From the NCBI GenBank assembly GCA_051942205.1, contig JAVECO010000088.1, forward strand, positions 62,001 to 94,397: 32,397 nt of DNA. Reading direction: 5' to 3'. The translations under genes were made by a program, and so were the position numbers. Source of the DNA: Coniocarpon cinnabarinum. Lineage: Eukaryota. The notes beneath the pieces were generated by a model. It was not told the origin of the DNA and did no database searches. It worked only from the letters and a program-made list of their open reading frames with translations. This document shows, in pieces, positions 31,062 through 32,397 of the stretch; within the stretch, counting starts at the first letter, position 1, and every line of letters starts with the position of its first letter.

Positions 31062-32397
31062 ATGTCCAACCAAGACCGCCGTTCCCGTCGAATTGACGAA
31101 CGTGAGAATACTGGCGACGCTCCACGCAGCCGTTACAACTTCAACACGGGCACCACAGCCCCTCCGCCTCAAGGAAACATGTCCGATGGCACCTCTTTTC
31201 AGGACGCACAACGAATAACGGCACCACTCCGCCTATTTTCACGACTACTCCCTGCTCCTCGACGCCATGATGGTGTCGTGTCGGATGATCCGTTGCCAGA
31301 GCCCAGCAGCCTGGCTGATACCGAGCGAGAGTCCTTCTACCAGCAGGACCGGGCGTCAACGGACACATTGACGCTCGCGAATGCGTACAGTCTTCCGCCT
31401 CCACCACCGCCTCCCTCCCGTCCACCACCTCCGCCTCCGCCTCCCACCAGATCTGGGCCACCGATGCCCACGAGAGCGCCGCCGCCGCCACCGCCGACGC
31501 ATCCTTTTGAGGATTTGGTTCCTCCTGCCCCATACCGTGGCTCGACTTCAGCCACGTTGCAGCAGAGAAAGGTATGTTTGTCCCCTGAGTATTTATCAGA
31601 TCACTTTTTACGCTTCAAAATACCTATTTTTCACCTTTCTGGCTTCTTTGGGGGTATTTTTGGTCTATTGAGTGTGGCATTCGGCGCTTTTTCATCATTC
31701 TTTACAACAGAATACGAAAATGCACGAGATACACCCATGTTTGCCTCAAAATACCCCCAATTGCCCATTTTCCCGGTTCTCACGCCCAATTTTGTGTGAT
31801 ATGTATGCTAATCTGTCTCGTTTTCCAGAAAGAGCGCGATTGGCAGCACCTCCACGGCCAAAGCACTCCCGCGGGCGCCTGCTCGCGGGAAGAAGCAACC
31901 TACCGCGCGGCTCGCCTGGCTGGGGCACAAGAAGACACAGCGATCAAGAAGGCGCAGCTCGTCGCCTTCAAAGAAGGACGGGGGTACAACGGCATCGACC
32001 CCGGCAACTGGCTCATCACGGCCAAAGACGTCGCAGCCGCCGACGCCAAACGGGCTGGTCGGTCGCCCTTTTCTGCGCCAGCAGAGCGCGCACCTCGTCA
32101 AGCGCCGCCAATTGCGCCAGCGGCAGCAGCAACAACAGCAACAGGGGACCTTTCGGCCCCGCGACATAAGCCATTGGAGCAGGTCGTGGGGGAGGTGACG
32201 AACGAGCAGCGGGCTGCGTTTTTTGCGGGGCGTTTGGGTCCCCAGAGTCCTGGCCTCGCGGGGGATGTCAGGATCCCTGCGAGGTATCGGGCTGGGGCCC
32301 ACCCTGCGGTTGATTTCCGGTCGGGTGGAGGATACGGGGCAGAGCCCAGAGGGGCGGGTGTCGTGGCTGGGGAAGAGCCGGGGGAGACGATGAGGGC
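31062..32397 (+). CDS. Pro-rich hypothetical protein, 3'-partial
   Basis: Exon 31062-31571 and intron 31572-31828 (GTATGT..GCTAAT..CAG). Exon 2 from 31829 (KERDWQHLHGQ..AFKEGRGYNGIDPGNWLITAKDV..) stays open to the window end. Three polyproline runs. No family recognised. Confidence 0.6.
31648..31760. repeat. Perfect 13-bp inverted repeat inside an intron
   Basis: TTGGGGGTATTTT (31648-31660) and AAAATACCCCCAA (31748-31760), with an 87-nt spacer. Confidence 0.75.

Noticed and set aside
31572..31799. Hydrophobic C-terminus of the 245-aa ORF 31062-31799 as a TM segment
   Set aside because: It is read-through into a T-rich intron with a canonical donor, branch point and acceptor. The spliced frame continues open to the window end.

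Overview
This is eukaryotic, intron-containing DNA from a filamentous ascomycete (Pezizomycotina), judged by short GT-AG introns with CTRAC/CTAAT branch points. I assembled 13 protein-coding gene models by hand. In order: 5'-partial Fab1/PIKfyve kinase (+), a ~3.9 kb gene-free interval with nested degenerate repeats, GPR1/FUN34/YaaH acetate permease (+), Sym1/Mpv17 (+), BolA (-) divergent from an ACSF3/MatB-like acyl-CoA synthetase (+), Sso-type syntaxin (-), Npt1 (+), a Trp/Gly/Ser-rich putative GPI protein (-), an accessory-looking block of SDR (-), GNAT acetyltransferase (+), O-methyltransferase (-) and Pth11-like receptor (+), and a 3'-partial Pro-rich orphan (+). No tRNA, rRNA, intact transposon or CRISPR system is supported. 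The strongest leads are a syntaxin with a 40-aa post-TM tail carrying KR/RR/ER sites exactly 10 residues apart, a ~31-bp-period array with a conserved CCTGTGTTGC core, a BolA-ACSF3 head-to-head pair that may converge on mitochondrial lipoylation, and a probable GAG splice acceptor at the O-methyltransferase catalytic HD motif. Exon models and product calls come from reading the sequence and recognising motifs; no database search was run.
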